A stretch of DNA of 64,000 nt from Patescibacteria group bacterium (GTDB taxonomy: Bacteria; Patescibacteriota; Kazan-3B-28): the NCBI GenBank assembly GCA_041649135.1, contig JBAZNQ010000001.1, forward strand, positions 163,037 through 227,036, written 5' to 3'. Shown here one piece after another: positions 1 to 10,653 of this stretch. The translations under genes and the position numbers were made by a program. Each line of letters starts with the position of its first letter. The first letter of the stretch is position 1. Below the pieces are notes generated by a model. That model saw only the letters and a list, made by a program, of their open reading frames with translations. It made no database searches and had not been told where the DNA came from.

Positions 1-175
1 ACCCCGTTGGCTTACGCAAAAGCAAGGATAATAGGCTGTCACCGGCGCCCCCTATGGGGCGCCTCACTTTGTGCCGGCTTGTTTTGGCACAGGATTTAGC
101 CTATGCTGAACTGTCCATGCGATAGCGCAAGGATAATTTTAGCACCCCGACATCATTACGAGGAGGAAAAGTACG

Positions 176-949
176 ATGCCAGATGGAGACATCCAACAAC
201 GATTACAGGTGATTCTAGGTGCGCAAGCCAAGGCAACCACTGCTCAAGCCAAAAGCGTAAGGGCTACCTCCCAAGCCAAAGCCGCTCTAGAACAATTAAG
301 AGCGGAATTGGTCAATGGTACTGTCACTACTGGTGATCCGATCCGTGACTACGTCCTCTCAACTGCTTATTGTCGAGAAGGAGAGGATTTATTAACCCAG
401 CTGGAAGAGCAGTACCAATATTTCCTGTCGCTTCAGCGCACACTCACCGGAAAATGTGGTCAGCTCATCATGGTCGCTAGGTGGGAGGTCGGTTTACACA
501 CGGTTGCCTATCGTGAACCCGGTCCCAACGAACAAGACACTCACCAAGATTATGAGTTGCATGTTGGTATCCTCACGGGAGAGCAACTTGTTGGAGGGCA
601 AAGGCGCGAATTAAATTTCCCCACCCATGACGGCTACCAAAGTTGGTATTATTACGGCTATGGAGCAATGGGTCGTCATCCCGAGCCTGTTGAATGGGTA
701 CATCATGAACTACCGGCAGTTTATGGTATACCTCTGCAGTCGGAGTTTCCGGCAGACGAACGATTCCGTCCCTTACTTCGTGGATGCATGGAAATCAATT
801 TCTCTCTCCTAGTGGTCGGGAACAACGCAGTTCGCGAACGCATTAGTGAACTCCCAGAGTTCCAAGAAGCGTTTGCTGTTATGGAACAACGCCTTGGCAC
901 TCTTTTCCCGAACGATCCTCCACCTTTAATTAGTGCTAATCCGCAGTAG
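176..949 (+). CDS. hypothetical protein
   Basis: 257 aa ORF with GAGGAGG RBS and a downstream hairpin-T terminator; no recognisable motif. Confidence 0.7.
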   Translation: MPDGDIQQRLQVILGAQAKATTAQAKSVRATSQAKAALEQLRAELVNGTVTTGDPIRDYVLSTAYCREGEDLLTQLEEQYQYFLSLQRTLTGKCGQLIMVARWEVGLHTVAYREPGPNEQDTHQDYELHVGILTGEQLVGGQRRELNFPTHDGYQSWYYYGYGAMGRHPEPVEWVHHELPAVYGIPLQSEFPADERFRPLLRGCMEINFSLLVVGNNAVRERISELPEFQEAFAVMEQRLGTLFPNDPPPLISANPQ

Positions 950-960
950 TACTGCCCCTT

Positions 961-997
961 AAAGCGCCTCGTGCTCTCACGTGGCGCTTTTTCTTTT
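961..997 (+). terminator. intrinsic terminator
   Basis: AAAGCGCC...GGCGCTTT stem followed by a T-rich tract right after the ORF stop. Confidence 0.7.
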
Positions 998-1034
998 GGT
1001 ACAATTAAACAGCTAAGTAATAAAAGGAGGGATT

Positions 1035-1430
1035 ATGAAAGGTTTTGTAATTAATCTAGAACAAGAAACTATCGCCAATGGCGATTTTCGACGGGTGTTA
1101 TACACCGGGCACCATACCCAGTTGGTTTTGATGACGCTTCAGCCAAACGAAGAAATTGGTTCAGAAGTTCATCAAACCGTTGATCAATTTTTCCGGTTTG
1201 ATGAAGGCGAAGGGAAAGTTGTTATTGATGGATTTGAACATTCCGTTAGTAATGGATTTGGGGTTGTTATTCCCGCCGGTGCCGAACATAATGTTATCAA
1301 TACGTCGGATAAACCTCTGAAACTCTACACTCTTTACTCTCCTCCAGAACACATTGACGGTACCATTCGCCACACCAAAGCCGACGCCATTGCTCAACCA
1401 GAAGAATTTGACGGCAAGACCACGGAATAA
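1035..1430 (+). CDS. cupin domain protein (mannose-6-phosphate isomerase-like)
   Basis: FRRVLYTG..QLVLM..EEIGSEVH..DQFFRF..GEG and IPAGAEHNVIN cupin motifs; AGGAGG RBS. Confidence 0.9.
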   Translation: MKGFVINLEQETIANGDFRRVLYTGHHTQLVLMTLQPNEEIGSEVHQTVDQFFRFDEGEGKVVIDGFEHSVSNGFGVVIPAGAEHNVINTSDKPLKLYTLYSPPEHIDGTIRHTKADAIAQPEEFDGKTTE

Positions 1431-1464
1431 TACCGTTGTGGTAGCGTAGAATAAGTTGTTGTAC

Positions 1465-2586
1465 TTAGTCCCTTTGCAGAGAGGAAAGAATTTCCATCAC
1501 TACGTCGCGAGTAGTTTGGCGGGCTTGTTGCAATTCTGTGGATGTATAAAGTAATGACCGATCGAGTACCACGTCAAACAGCTCTATCGAGCCTGAATTA
1601 TGCGGCGTAAACCCAATTCGTAAATGATTTTCTGGAGTAATCGCCCAAGAGTAACCAAAATTGACATCACCTTGCAAAACCTCTGGTAAGGTATCGTATA
1701 CCTTACCCCATTCCAGTTCTTCAAACATGTCTTCCGCCAATCCAACCACCAGAGCAATCTGATGTGTCATTTCAGTACAATCTTCGTCAAGATTGATGTC
1801 AATAAATCTGCCAGTATTCTCAAACACCGACAGGTTAGTGTATTGTTTTAAATAATTTTGCAAAATCTGTTGTAGACGATCGGTGACATACGTTGTTCGC
1901 AGGGAAAGCAGTTTTGCGTTTATTTTATCTTCTGGGGAAGTATCAGGATTGTACAGCTCAATAAAAGATTGCTCCTCTGGAACCATCCGACGATTAACGA
2001 TATGACTATGCAAGATTGGCACGCTTTGGGCACCAACAATTAATTGTGGTTTTTCGCTGTTGGTTTCTTCCAAACGTGGTCTCGCACTTCGATTTACACC
2101 AATAATAAATTGTTGGTCAGGGAACTCTTCTGCCAGCTTATTTCTAATTGCCAAATTTAAACTAATAAACTCGGTCTGTTCTTGCGGGTCGAGTCCGGTA
2201 AGGTTATCAAATGCTCGTCCTATCTCACCCAGACCGGCTGGTTCTCGAAAAATAGTAATATGCTGTCCGCTATAGGGAGATGTTGGTTCGGCAACTATAA
2301 ACTTATTTACTATTCCAAGTAATGCACCTTCATCAGTAAATTGGTTTATCATATAGTCTGGGTCTTCAGCCAACCGACACAGATGGTCATATCTTTGTAT
2401 TGGAGTCATTTCGGCCATTGTTCCACCCGGCAACCAACGAACCTCGGCATGAACAGGGTAGGCAATTGCCTGTCTTGGTTTGTTTTCTCGAGCGTATGAT
2501 TCCTCTAGCCCACACAGAGCCTGTGTTACCAGCTGTTCTCTGGTCGAAATTTTTCCATATTCATATTGTTGAAACCTCTCATTCAT
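1465..2586 (-). CDS. hypothetical protein with degenerate HIT/GalT-like motif
   Basis: 373 aa ORF; GAQSVPILHSHIV resembles the HIT signature GQxVxHxHxHxx. Confidence 0.55.
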   Translation of the reverse strand: MNERFQQYEYGKISTREQLVTQALCGLEESYARENKPRQAIAYPVHAEVRWLPGGTMAEMTPIQRYDHLCRLAEDPDYMINQFTDEGALLGIVNKFIVAEPTSPYSGQHITIFREPAGLGEIGRAFDNLTGLDPQEQTEFISLNLAIRNKLAEEFPDQQFIIGVNRSARPRLEETNSEKPQLIVGAQSVPILHSHIVNRRMVPEEQSFIELYNPDTSPEDKINAKLLSLRTTYVTDRLQQILQNYLKQYTNLSVFENTGRFIDINLDEDCTEMTHQIALVVGLAEDMFEELEWGKVYDTLPEVLQGDVNFGYSWAITPENHLRIGFTPHNSGSIELFDVVLDRSLLYTSTELQQARQTTRDVVMEILSSLQRD

Positions 2587-2769
2587 ATCAGGAGAATACT
2601 ACAATTATCCGCTCCTGTAAAGCAAAAATCTATTTTCCCCACCCACTCACTTATTACTCTTTACCGAAGTATATTGATGGCACAACCTGTGCGACTAAGA
2701 CAGAAACTATAGTGGGGCCAGAAGAATTTGGCGGCGAAACTACTGATCGGCGGTTTGTTTTGTCCGTTC

Positions 2770-2789
2770 TTCAGCTTTTTCTAAGGTGG
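2770..2789 (+). promoter_or_regulatory. putative OmpR-family direct-repeat binding site
   Basis: TTCAG-N6-CTAAG with 11 bp periodicity upstream of the exporter operon; similar sites at 7097 and 7776. Confidence 0.45.
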
Positions 2790-2839
2790 TAATGAAATAA
2801 CAGGTTTATCGCGGGCATGGGGGGTGCCCCCTAGTGCCT

Positions 2840-4687
2840 ATGAGAAACCTATTAGACAAATTGCTGTTGCGTGAAACCTATGGCCAAATTAAGGTTTGGG
2901 TTTTGGCGCACAAACTGATCAGCACTACTCTTGGAATGGTCATTTTAGGATTATTGGTTTGGGGAGGTTGGGCTATTAAAGCACAAGCTGGTCCTACCAG
3001 CTACATTTTAGCTACTGTCCAAAAAGGCACTATCATGTCCACCGTAACTGGGACCGGACAGGTGTCTGCTTCACACCAAATTGATTTAACCCCTCAAGCT
3101 TCAGGCAAAGTTACTGCGGTCAAAGTTAAATCCGGACAATCAGTCAAAGCTGGCACTCTATTGGTTCAATTAGATTCCAGCGATGCATACAAGACCGTTC
3201 GGGATGCTCGAGCCAGTTTGGCCAGTGCCCAACTTTCTCTCAAAAAAACCCAGAATTCAATTACTCAATCAGTAGTTCAGGCTGAAGATTCACTAACACA
3301 GGCCCAGCAAAACCAAATCCAATCTCGGGCCAGTCTGGCTAAATCATATGACGACAGTCTGGCTACTATTGATACAGCCGTTCTTAACTTGTCAACTATA
3401 GTCGATACTTTAGAAGATGTTATTTTTGGACAAGACTATAGCCCCACACAAAGTAATGCTGATTATTACTTTGACATTCTCCAGCGCTGCAAGGGTTATG
3501 ACGGTTTAGCAGACTCATACCGCAACAGCACCACCAGCGCCTACTACACCGCCAAAACGGCCTATGATGACATTAGCTCTAGATACAACTCCGTTATTAA
3601 TACATCAGATGATGACGTTATCAGCCAATTGGTATCAGACACCTACACTTCAGTTAAGACAATTCTGGAAACCCTCAAGACTACCAATAATTATCTTAAC
3701 TATGTGAATAGCCAGGCTACTAATTATAACCAGATCATTCCGGCATCCCTTGGCTCTCATCGAAACACGATTGCCTCTGCTACTACCCAAGCTAACTCGT
3801 ATCTCAATAGTCTATATAGCAGCAAGACCAGCATCCAGAACAATCTTAACGCGGTCAATAATGCCGCAACCTCTGTTAGCATGAAAACTAATTCCCTTGA
3901 GCAAGCCAAGACTATCAATGCGGATTTAGATTTGGCCACGGCCCAGTTAAATGTTACACAACGCAGTAATGCCTTAAATGATGCCCTCCAAGCATTAGCG
4001 GATTACTCCGTCAAAGCCCCATTCGACGGCGTAATTGCTAAAGTTAATGTCCAAGTAGCAGATTCAGCGTCTGGTGGAACTGTGGTTGCAACCATTATCA
4101 CCAAACAAAGTTTGGTTGAAATACCGCTCAATGAAGTTGATGTAGCCAAAGTATCACTTGGCGACAAAGCCACGATTGCTTTTGACGCGATCGAGGATTT
4201 GAGTATCAGCGGTTCAGTAGCCTCCATTGACTACATCGGAACAGTTGAACAGGGTGTAGTCAACTATACTGTCACTTTGTCTTTTGATACCCAGGATGAT
4301 CAAATTAAGCCTGGTATGAGTGCCAGCGCAACTATCATTACCGATTTAAAACAAGATGTGTTAATTATTCCTAGCAGTGCCGTGAAATCGCAGGGTGAAA
4401 TGTACTACGTGGACAAGTTTAACCAGATCTATTCAGATACCGAGGCCGCTGCCGGGATCACTTCCGATGCTGCTCCTACTCAACAAACTGTTGAAGTGGG
4501 GATCACTGATGACACTAACACTGAAATCATTTCCGGACTTTCTGAAGGTGATCAAATTATTATTAAAACAGTTAAAGCAACCTCCAGTAGCAAAAAGGCT
4601 ACCACCACTTCCAATAGTCTATTAGGGGGTAGTGGAGGCTCTCGTCCTCAAAGCAGCGGTGGCACGATGATGGGTCCAATGCCTTAA
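2840..4687 (+). CDS. efflux periplasmic adaptor (MacA/HlyD-family membrane fusion protein)
   Basis: N-terminal TM, SGKVTAVKVKSGQSVKAG lipoyl-like half, long helical hairpin, APFDGVI and IKPGMSA motifs; GTG at 2834 is an alternative start. Confidence 0.9.
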   Translation: MRNLLDKLLLRETYGQIKVWVLAHKLISTTLGMVILGLLVWGGWAIKAQAGPTSYILATVQKGTIMSTVTGTGQVSASHQIDLTPQASGKVTAVKVKSGQSVKAGTLLVQLDSSDAYKTVRDARASLASAQLSLKKTQNSITQSVVQAEDSLTQAQQNQIQSRASLAKSYDDSLATIDTAVLNLSTIVDTLEDVIFGQDYSPTQSNADYYFDILQRCKGYDGLADSYRNSTTSAYYTAKTAYDDISSRYNSVINTSDDDVISQLVSDTYTSVKTILETLKTTNNYLNYVNSQATNYNQIIPASLGSHRNTIASATTQANSYLNSLYSSKTSIQNNLNAVNNAATSVSMKTNSLEQAKTINADLDLATAQLNVTQRSNALNDALQALADYSVKAPFDGVIAKVNVQVADSASGGTVVATIITKQSLVEIPLNEVDVAKVSLGDKATIAFDAIEDLSISGSVASIDYIGTVEQGVVNYTVTLSFDTQDDQIKPGMSASATIITDLKQDVLIIPSSAVKSQGEMYYVDKFNQIYSDTEAAAGITSDAAPTQQTVEVGITDDTNTEIISGLSEGDQIIIKTVKATSSSKKATTTSNSLLGGSGGSRPQSSGGTMMGPMP

Positions 4688-4695
4688 ATAAGTCC

Positions 4696-5406
4696 ATGAT
4701 TGAAGTTAAAACCGTCAGTAAAATTTATCAAACTGGGACTGAAGATTTTGTAGCGCTTGATCAAGCGTCTTTTACCGTTGAAGACGGCGAATTTGTCGCC
4801 ATCATGGGACCGTCTGGTTCGGGCAAATCAACTCTAATGCATATTTTGGGCGCGCTCGACACTCCCACTTCAGGCACTTATATTTTAGATGGCCACGATG
4901 TCTCAACTTTAACCGATGATCAATTAGCTGACATTCGTCGTGATCGAATCGGCTTTGTGTTCCAATCGTTTAACTTATTGCCTAGAGCCTCTGTTCTAAG
5001 AAATGTCACTTTACCATTGGTTTACGCCAATATCTTGCCAGAAGAACGCAAACGGCGAGCTGTAGCAGTTTTACTAGCCGCTGGTTTAGATGAGACTCAT
5101 TTTAATCGGAGATCTAATCAGCTCTCTGGTGGTCAAATTCAACGGGTTGCCATTGCCCGAGCATTGGTTAACAACCCCAGCCTAATCTTAGCGGATGAAC
5201 CAACTGGTAACCTTGATTCCAAGACCAGTGAAATTGTTTTAAGTACTTTTCAAAAGTTAAACCAAGAACAACATCGGACAATTATTTTAATTACTCACGA
5301 ACAAGATGTCGCGGAACACGCTCAAAGAATCATTCTTATCAAAGATGGCAAAATCGTATCAGATAAAAAGACGCATACTCGCCGAATCGCCAAGGCAAAC
5401 TTATGA
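4696..5406 (+). CDS. MacB/LolD-type ABC transporter ATP-binding protein
   Basis: Walker [15 protein letters not shown] signature, ILADEPTGNLD, ITHE. Confidence 0.95.
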   Translation: MIEVKTVSKIYQTGTEDFVALDQASFTVEDGEFVAIMGPSGSGKSTLMHILGALDTPTSGTYILDGHDVSTLTDDQLADIRRDRIGFVFQSFNLLPRASVLRNVTLPLVYANILPEERKRRAVAVLLAAGLDETHFNRRSNQLSGGQIQRVAIARALVNNPSLILADEPTGNLDSKTSEIVLSTFQKLNQEQHRTIILITHEQDVAEHAQRIILIKDGKIVSDKKTHTRRIAKANL

Positions 5407-6632
5407 TTACTTCAGATATTTTTGAAGAGACCTATATCGCTATCTCGTCGAACAAAGCTCGGTCTAGTTTGACTATGCTGGGAGTTGTAATTGGAATTAG
5501 TTCAGTTATTGCAATGGTAGCTATTGGGCAAGGCTCCCAAAGTTCAATCGAATCAAGTATTGAATCCATTGGGTCTAATCTAGTTCAGATTATGCCGGGG
5601 GTTCAACAAAGTACTGGTTCACGGATTAGCGCTGGTCAGGGTTCAGCGCGAACACTAACCCAAGCCGATGCTGATGCAATAGCGACAGAAATTTATCTTG
5701 CTTCGTCGGTCGCTCCAGAACTTTCTGGTCGCTATCAAGTTTCCGCCAAGGGTGGCAATAACACTAATACTTCCGTGGTTGGTATCACCGAAACCTACCC
5801 CGCTGTTCGTAACGTTGTGTTGGCAGAAGGCACACCGATCGCGTCGCAGCACTTAGCCAGCTTGTCTAAAGTAGCTGTACTCGGCTTTGCGGTCAGCGAA
5901 GATTTATTTGGCGAAGATGTCAGCCCGATCGGTAAAACGATAAAGATAAAAAACACGTCTTTCAAGGTAATTGGTATCAACGAGGAAAAGGGTAGTAGCG
6001 GTATGGGAGGAAGTCAGGACGATATGATTTTTATTCCCTTAACTACCGCCCAAAAATTTCTCGCCGGTTCAGAATATGTAACAACTGTTAGCGTTCAAGC
6101 AGTCGATGCTGATTCTATTGCTGACATGCAGCAAGCTATTACCGATCTTTTGTTGGTTCGTCATAATATTGCCGACGAAGATTCTGCCGACTTTCGGATT
6201 ATGAATTTAGCTGACGTAGTTGAAACTGCGTCCAGCGTAACCGAAACATTTACTCTTTTGTTGGGAGCAGTCGCCGGAATTTCTTTATTAGTGGGCGGTA
6301 TTGGCATTATGAACATGATGCTAACTACTGTTACTGAAAGAACCCGCGAGATCGGGCTACGTAAAGCGATCGGTGCCAAAAAATGGGATATCAGCTTACA
6401 GTTTTTGGCAGAATCAGTTGCCTTAACTTTTATTGGCGGCTTAGTTGGGATCGTCTTAGGTTGGTTAATTGCCTTTTTGATTTCAGAATTAGGCGGTGTG
6501 CAAACAACAGTTTCTTGGGGATCAATTCTGCTAGCTTTTAGCGTATCAGCCGGTATCGGAATTGCTTTCGGCTATTATCCGGCTCGCCGCGCAGCTAGTT
6601 TAAATCCAATTACAGCATTAAGGTATGAATAA
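5403..6632 (+). CDS. MacB/FtsX-type ABC transporter permease
   Basis: RSSLTMLGVVIG, GGIGIMNMML..VTERTREIGLRKAIGA, PARRAASLNPITALRYE. Confidence 0.95.
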   Translation: MITSDIFEETYIAISSNKARSSLTMLGVVIGISSVIAMVAIGQGSQSSIESSIESIGSNLVQIMPGVQQSTGSRISAGQGSARTLTQADADAIATEIYLASSVAPELSGRYQVSAKGGNNTNTSVVGITETYPAVRNVVLAEGTPIASQHLASLSKVAVLGFAVSEDLFGEDVSPIGKTIKIKNTSFKVIGINEEKGSSGMGGSQDDMIFIPLTTAQKFLAGSEYVTTVSVQAVDADSIADMQQAITDLLLVRHNIADEDSADFRIMNLADVVETASSVTETFTLLLGAVAGISLLVGGIGIMNMMLTTVTERTREIGLRKAIGAKKWDISLQFLAESVALTFIGGLVGIVLGWLIAFLISELGGVQTTVSWGSILLAFSVSAGIGIAFGYYPARRAASLNPITALRYE

Positions 6633-6659
6633 TATTTATAAAATTGATGGAGGAAAAGT

Positions 6660-7088
6660 ATGAAGAAATCTAAATCGGGTTTAGTAGTGCTCGGGCTGGC
6701 AGTTATAGTACTTGGTGGAACTTTCTATGGCGGGATGAAATACGGTCAGACCAGCCAACCATCGCGTATGGGCAATCGTCCCAGCGGGCTGACCAATTTA
6801 ACCACCGCTAACAATAATTTTGTTGGTGGAGAAATTTTATCGAAAGACGACAGTAGTATCACCATCAAATTACAGGATGGTGGATCTAAAATAGTTTTTG
6901 TATCTGACTCTACGCAGGTTATGAAATCAGCCACCGGTTCGCTTGCCGATCTTAGCGTTGGGCAGCAAGTTAGTGCTAACGGTACTTCCAATACCGATGG
7001 CAGTATCAGCGCCACCACTGTTAGTGTCCGACCAGCCGGTGAGCCGTCTCTACCAGCTCCTGTGACATCGGACGATACCAAAAAATAA
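6660..7088 (+). CDS. membrane-anchored OB-fold-like protein (DUF5666-like)
   Basis: N-terminal TM, GEILSKDDSSITIKL..GGSKIV and DLSVGQQVSANG..DGSISA pattern; GGAGG RBS. Confidence 0.65.
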   Translation: MKKSKSGLVVLGLAVIVLGGTFYGGMKYGQTSQPSRMGNRPSGLTNLTTANNNFVGGEILSKDDSSITIKLQDGGSKIVFVSDSTQVMKSATGSLADLSVGQQVSANGTSNTDGSISATTVSVRPAGEPSLPAPVTSDDTKK

Positions 7089-7096
7089 TTTTTTGT

Positions 7097-7116
7097 TTAA
7101 GCGTTCTTTCAGTTAA
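7097..7116 (+). promoter_or_regulatory. putative OmpR-family direct-repeat binding site
   Basis: TTAAG-N6-TTCAG upstream of ORF 7172. Confidence 0.45.
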
Positions 7117-7171
7117 CCGCGTAAAACTAATAATGATATCCGATTAATTTTTAGAAAGGAGGTATGAATGT

Positions 7172-7681
7172 ATGAAAAATAAATTCATTCTACCAGCGCT
7201 AGTAGTTATGGCGACCGGAGTAGCATTACTGGGTGGAAGTTTTGTCCACGCCCAAACCACCACTGATTCCGGACAGCATGTGTCGATCATTCAACGATTG
7301 GTGGAAAAGTTTGGCCTAAAGGAAGCTGACGTTCAAGCGGTATTTGACGAAGATAAAGCCGCTCGTCAGACAGAAATGAAGGCAAAAACGGAAGAGCAGC
7401 TAACCCAGCTAGTAACAGACGGCAAAATTACTGAAGCCCAGAAGCAACTGATTGTTGCTAAACGGGCAGAGTTAGAAGCTAGCCGTTCAACCGAACCAGT
7501 CAAAGACTCATCTTTAACTGCCGAACAGCGCAAGACTCAAATGGAAGCCAGCAGAACTGAATTGGAAGCTTGGGCAAAAACCAACGGCATCGACGTCAAG
7601 TACGTTCTTGGCGGTTTTGGTGGCAAAGGTTTTGGCGGTCATGGAATGAGGGGTGAAATGCCACCGACCCCGGCAAACTAA
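7172..7681 (+). CDS. secreted helical protein
   Basis: Signal peptide ending VHA, DGKITEAQ motif, Gly-rich tail; AGGAGGT RBS. Confidence 0.8.
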   Translation: MKNKFILPALVVMATGVALLGGSFVHAQTTTDSGQHVSIIQRLVEKFGLKEADVQAVFDEDKAARQTEMKAKTEEQLTQLVTDGKITEAQKQLIVAKRAELEASRSTEPVKDSSLTAEQRKTQMEASRTELEAWAKTNGIDVKYVLGGFGGKGFGGHGMRGEMPPTPAN

Positions 7682-7708
7682 CCTATCGTCTCCCATTGTG
7701 ACCTCCCG

Positions 7709-7742
7709 CAAACTGTCCTACTACTCCGGTAGGACAGTTTGC
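7709..7742 (+). terminator. hairpin, probable terminator
   Basis: GCAAACTGTCCTAC / GTAGGACAGTTTGC perfect inverted repeat. Confidence 0.6.
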
Positions 7743-7775
7743 TGTAATAGTGGTAATCTTACAGGCAGAGGAGTA

Positions 7776-7795
7776 TTCAGCTAATTTTCAGCTAA
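7776..7795 (+). promoter_or_regulatory. putative OmpR-family direct-repeat binding site (autoregulatory)
   Basis: TTCAGCTAA repeated exactly at 7776 and 7787, upstream of the response regulator. Confidence 0.55.
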
Positions 7796-7894
7796 CTGTT
7801 AGAAACTAGCCTTATCAACCAACTGCCCGATCTGTTAATTCGATGAGTCTATAAGTCTATCTGTCTATTAGTCCATAAGTCTATTAGTCTACCC

Positions 7895-8578
7895 ATGAGA
7901 ATACTAATCGTTGAAGACGAGCACAAAATTGCCAACTCTATCAAGAAAGGGTTGGAACAGGAATCCTATGCCGCTGATGTGGCCTACGATGGCGACGAAG
8001 GGCTGGCGGGAGCCTTAGCCGAGGATTACGACGTGATCATTCTTGATCGAATGTTACCCGGCTCCGTTGATGGCATGGCGATTTGTCGTGAATTGCGTCA
8101 GGCAAAAAAGCATACTCCGATCTTGATGCTCACCGCCAAAGATCAAATTCGTGACCGAGTTGAAGGATTAAACGCTGGTGCTGATGACTATCTCGTCAAA
8201 CCTTTCTCGTTCGAAGAACTGTTAGCTCGCATCCGTACCCTTCTGCGTCGCCCCAAAGAGACCATCGGCACAATTTTGCAAGTTGATGATCTAACTTTAA
8301 ATCCGGCTACCTACGAAGTTAAACGAGCCAACCAGTCGATTAAATTATCCCAAAAAGAATTCGCTCTACTGGAATATCTGATGAGAAACGCAAACCAAGT
8401 TTTATCTAAAGATAATATCATCAGCCATGTCTGGGATTTTGAGGCCGATATTCTGCCAAATACGGTGGAGGTGTACATCGGCTATTTGAGAAATAAAATT
8501 GATCGTCCTTTTAAATCTGCCAAACTAATTCATACTTTAAGAGGTTTCGGCTATAAGTTAGTCTCCAAATCCCCATGA
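7895..8578 (+). CDS. OmpR/PhoB-family response regulator
   Basis: [26 protein letters not shown], winged helix ending IHTLRGFGY. Confidence 0.95.
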   Translation: MRILIVEDEHKIANSIKKGLEQESYAADVAYDGDEGLAGALAEDYDVIILDRMLPGSVDGMAICRELRQAKKHTPILMLTAKDQIRDRVEGLNAGADDYLVKPFSFEELLARIRTLLRRPKETIGTILQVDDLTLNPATYEVKRANQSIKLSQKEFALLEYLMRNANQVLSKDNIISHVWDFEADILPNTVEVYIGYLRNKIDRPFKSAKLIHTLRGFGYKLVSKSP

Positions 8579-9579
8579 TCGATTCGGCTGTTCTCAAATT
8601 AACTGGTTGGTATCTCGCCATTATCATGGCGTTGAGTATCGGGTTCAGCGTATTCTTATATCAGACATATGGCGCAGAATTTGCGCGGGGGATTCGTCGC
8701 CAAGATGCGTTTTTTAATGAGATTATCCCGCGAGGCTTGCCGGGGTTTGAGAAATTTCGTCAAGCCCAAATCACCGAAGGGGAAAGCCGACTAAAGAGCA
8801 ATTTAGCCCTGTTTAATTTAATTATTTTTATCGCCGGTGGTGCTACTAGTTATCTTTTTGCGCGGCGTACGCTTAAACCTATTAGTGAAGCTTTTGAAGC
8901 CCAAAGTCGCTTTACTGCCGACGCTTCGCATGAATTGCGAACTCCTTTAACTGCTATGCAAACAGAAATTGAGGTCGCACTCCGTGATGATAACCTCACC
9001 AAAGTCGACACTGAAGCGCTCTTGCGCAGCAATCTGGAAGAAGTTGCCAGATTGAAAACTCTTTCCGATGGATTATTGAAGTTAGCCCGCGATGGCGGCT
9101 CTCAAGACTCTTGGAAAAAACTTCAGCTCAAACATTTAATTGCCATCGCACTCAAATCTATTGTTCCGTTGGCCGATCAAAAATCGATCGAAATCGTTGA
9201 TCAAACCACGAACGTTCAACTTCAAGGTGATCAAACAAGTCTAGTTGAGCTACTAGTGATTTTGCTGGATAACGCTGTGAAGTATAGTGGACCGAACACA
9301 AAAATTGATCTCACCACCCAACGATCTAGCGCCAACGTCTCTTTAGCGATTACTGACCAAGGACAGGGGATTAAGACTTCTGATCTGCCGCACATCTTTG
9401 ACCGATTTTATCGGGCAGATACTTCTCGCTCCAAAGCCAAGACTAATGGCTATGGTCTCGGCTTATCTATTGCCAAAAAAATTGTTGATGCCCACGGTGG
9501 CAAAATTGAGGTCAAAAGTGAAATCGGCAAAGGTTCAACTTTTGTTGTAAAATTGCCGTTAGCTCAAGCTTCTAAATGA
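8575..9579 (+). CDS. sensor histidine kinase
   Basis: Two TM segments, [12 protein letters not shown]-box, [22 protein letters not shown]. Confidence 0.95.
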   Translation: MIDSAVLKLTGWYLAIIMALSIGFSVFLYQTYGAEFARGIRRQDAFFNEIIPRGLPGFEKFRQAQITEGESRLKSNLALFNLIIFIAGGATSYLFARRTLKPISEAFEAQSRFTADASHELRTPLTAMQTEIEVALRDDNLTKVDTEALLRSNLEEVARLKTLSDGLLKLARDGGSQDSWKKLQLKHLIAIALKSIVPLADQKSIEIVDQTTNVQLQGDQTSLVELLVILLDNAVKYSGPNTKIDLTTQRSSANVSLAITDQGQGIKTSDLPHIFDRFYRADTSRSKAKTNGYGLGLSIAKKIVDAHGGKIEVKSEIGKGSTFVVKLPLAQASK

Positions 9580-9671
9580 CGCCAATCATTTCCGTCAAAA
9601 ACTTGACACAAAATTCAGGTCTAGTTACAGCGGTTCCTCTTTGCCGTATTTTTTAATACAATAAAGCCGTT

Positions 9672-10133
9672 ATGGCTAAGTCTCATTCTTTGTCTGGCAA
9701 TTCACTCAAACTAACTCCTCGTCGAGTTCGCGATGTTAATAAAGAACACCGCGATAGTTTTTCTACGCTCGACCATGCTGCCCTCTGGGTTACTGACCAC
9801 GTTGGCACTATGGGTTTCTTTTTGGTCGTTTTCGTTTGGACCTTCGGTTGGCTAGGCTGGAATACGTTGGCCCCCATTGAATTGCGATTTGATCCATTTC
9901 CTGCTTTCGTCTTATGGCTGTTTATTTCCAATATGATCCAGATCATGTTAATGCCGTTAATTATGATCGGGCAAAACCTTCAAGGTCGACATGCTGAATT
10001 ACGCGCTGAAGCGGATTTTCAGGTCAACAAACGCTCCGAAAGAGAGATTATTAGCATCATTGACCATCTTGAACGTCAACATGAGACCATGTTGAAAGTC
10101 CTCAAACATCTAGAATCTAACAAGAAAAAGTAA
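9672..10133 (+). CDS. DUF1003-family membrane protein
   Basis: GTMGFF..FDPFPAF.L..PLIMIGQN..AEADF pattern. Confidence 0.8.
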   Translation: MAKSHSLSGNSLKLTPRRVRDVNKEHRDSFSTLDHAALWVTDHVGTMGFFLVVFVWTFGWLGWNTLAPIELRFDPFPAFVLWLFISNMIQIMLMPLIMIGQNLQGRHAELRAEADFQVNKRSEREIISIIDHLERQHETMLKVLKHLESNKKK

Positions 10134-10296
10134 ACCCAATCGTTCTTTAGGGGAGTTATTACCAAGCTTTTTAGCCCATCTCTGGGTTGCTTCCCCGCAA
10201 CCCGAACCTCCTGCTAGTGCCCGCGACAGCCCACCTCGTCGCGGGCTTTCCCTATATGCCAAAAATCCACTCCAAGCCTATAATGTGGTAGTCCCT

Positions 10297-10653
10297 ATGT
10301 TGAAATTTAAACATAGTCTAATTAACGCTGTTCGGGGGATTCGTGACCTGATTCGCACCCAGCAGAATTTTGTTATCGAACTGACGATTGCACTGTTTGT
10401 ACTTTGGTTAGCCTATGCCCTTCATCTCTCCACCCTTGAGCGAGTCGCGATCGTGATCATGATTACTTTTGTATTAGCCGCCGAAGCTGCTAATAGTGTT
10501 TTGGAGAATATTTTAGACGGGGTCAGTAAAAATTTTTCTCCCCGTTTTCGCACCGCCAAAGACATGCTTGCTGGCATCACTCTAATCGTTGCCTTCGGTG
10601 CCGCGATCATTGGTATTATTATTTTCTATCCCTATTTAAAAAACTTCTTATGA
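10297..10653 (+). CDS. dgkA: diacylglycerol/undecaprenol kinase family protein
   Basis: A.RGI....QQNF, VLAAEAANSVLE..D, AKDMLAG; three TM segments. Confidence 0.85.
   Translation: MLKFKHSLINAVRGIRDLIRTQQNFVIELTIALFVLWLAYALHLSTLERVAIVIMITFVLAAEAANSVLENILDGVSKNFSPRFRTAKDMLAGITLIVAFGAAIIGIIIFYPYLKNFL

Noticed and set aside
10184-10250. SRP RNA or riboswitch between the DUF1003 gene and dgkA
   Set aside because: Only two simple hairpins without SRP or aptamer consensus; likely terminator structures.
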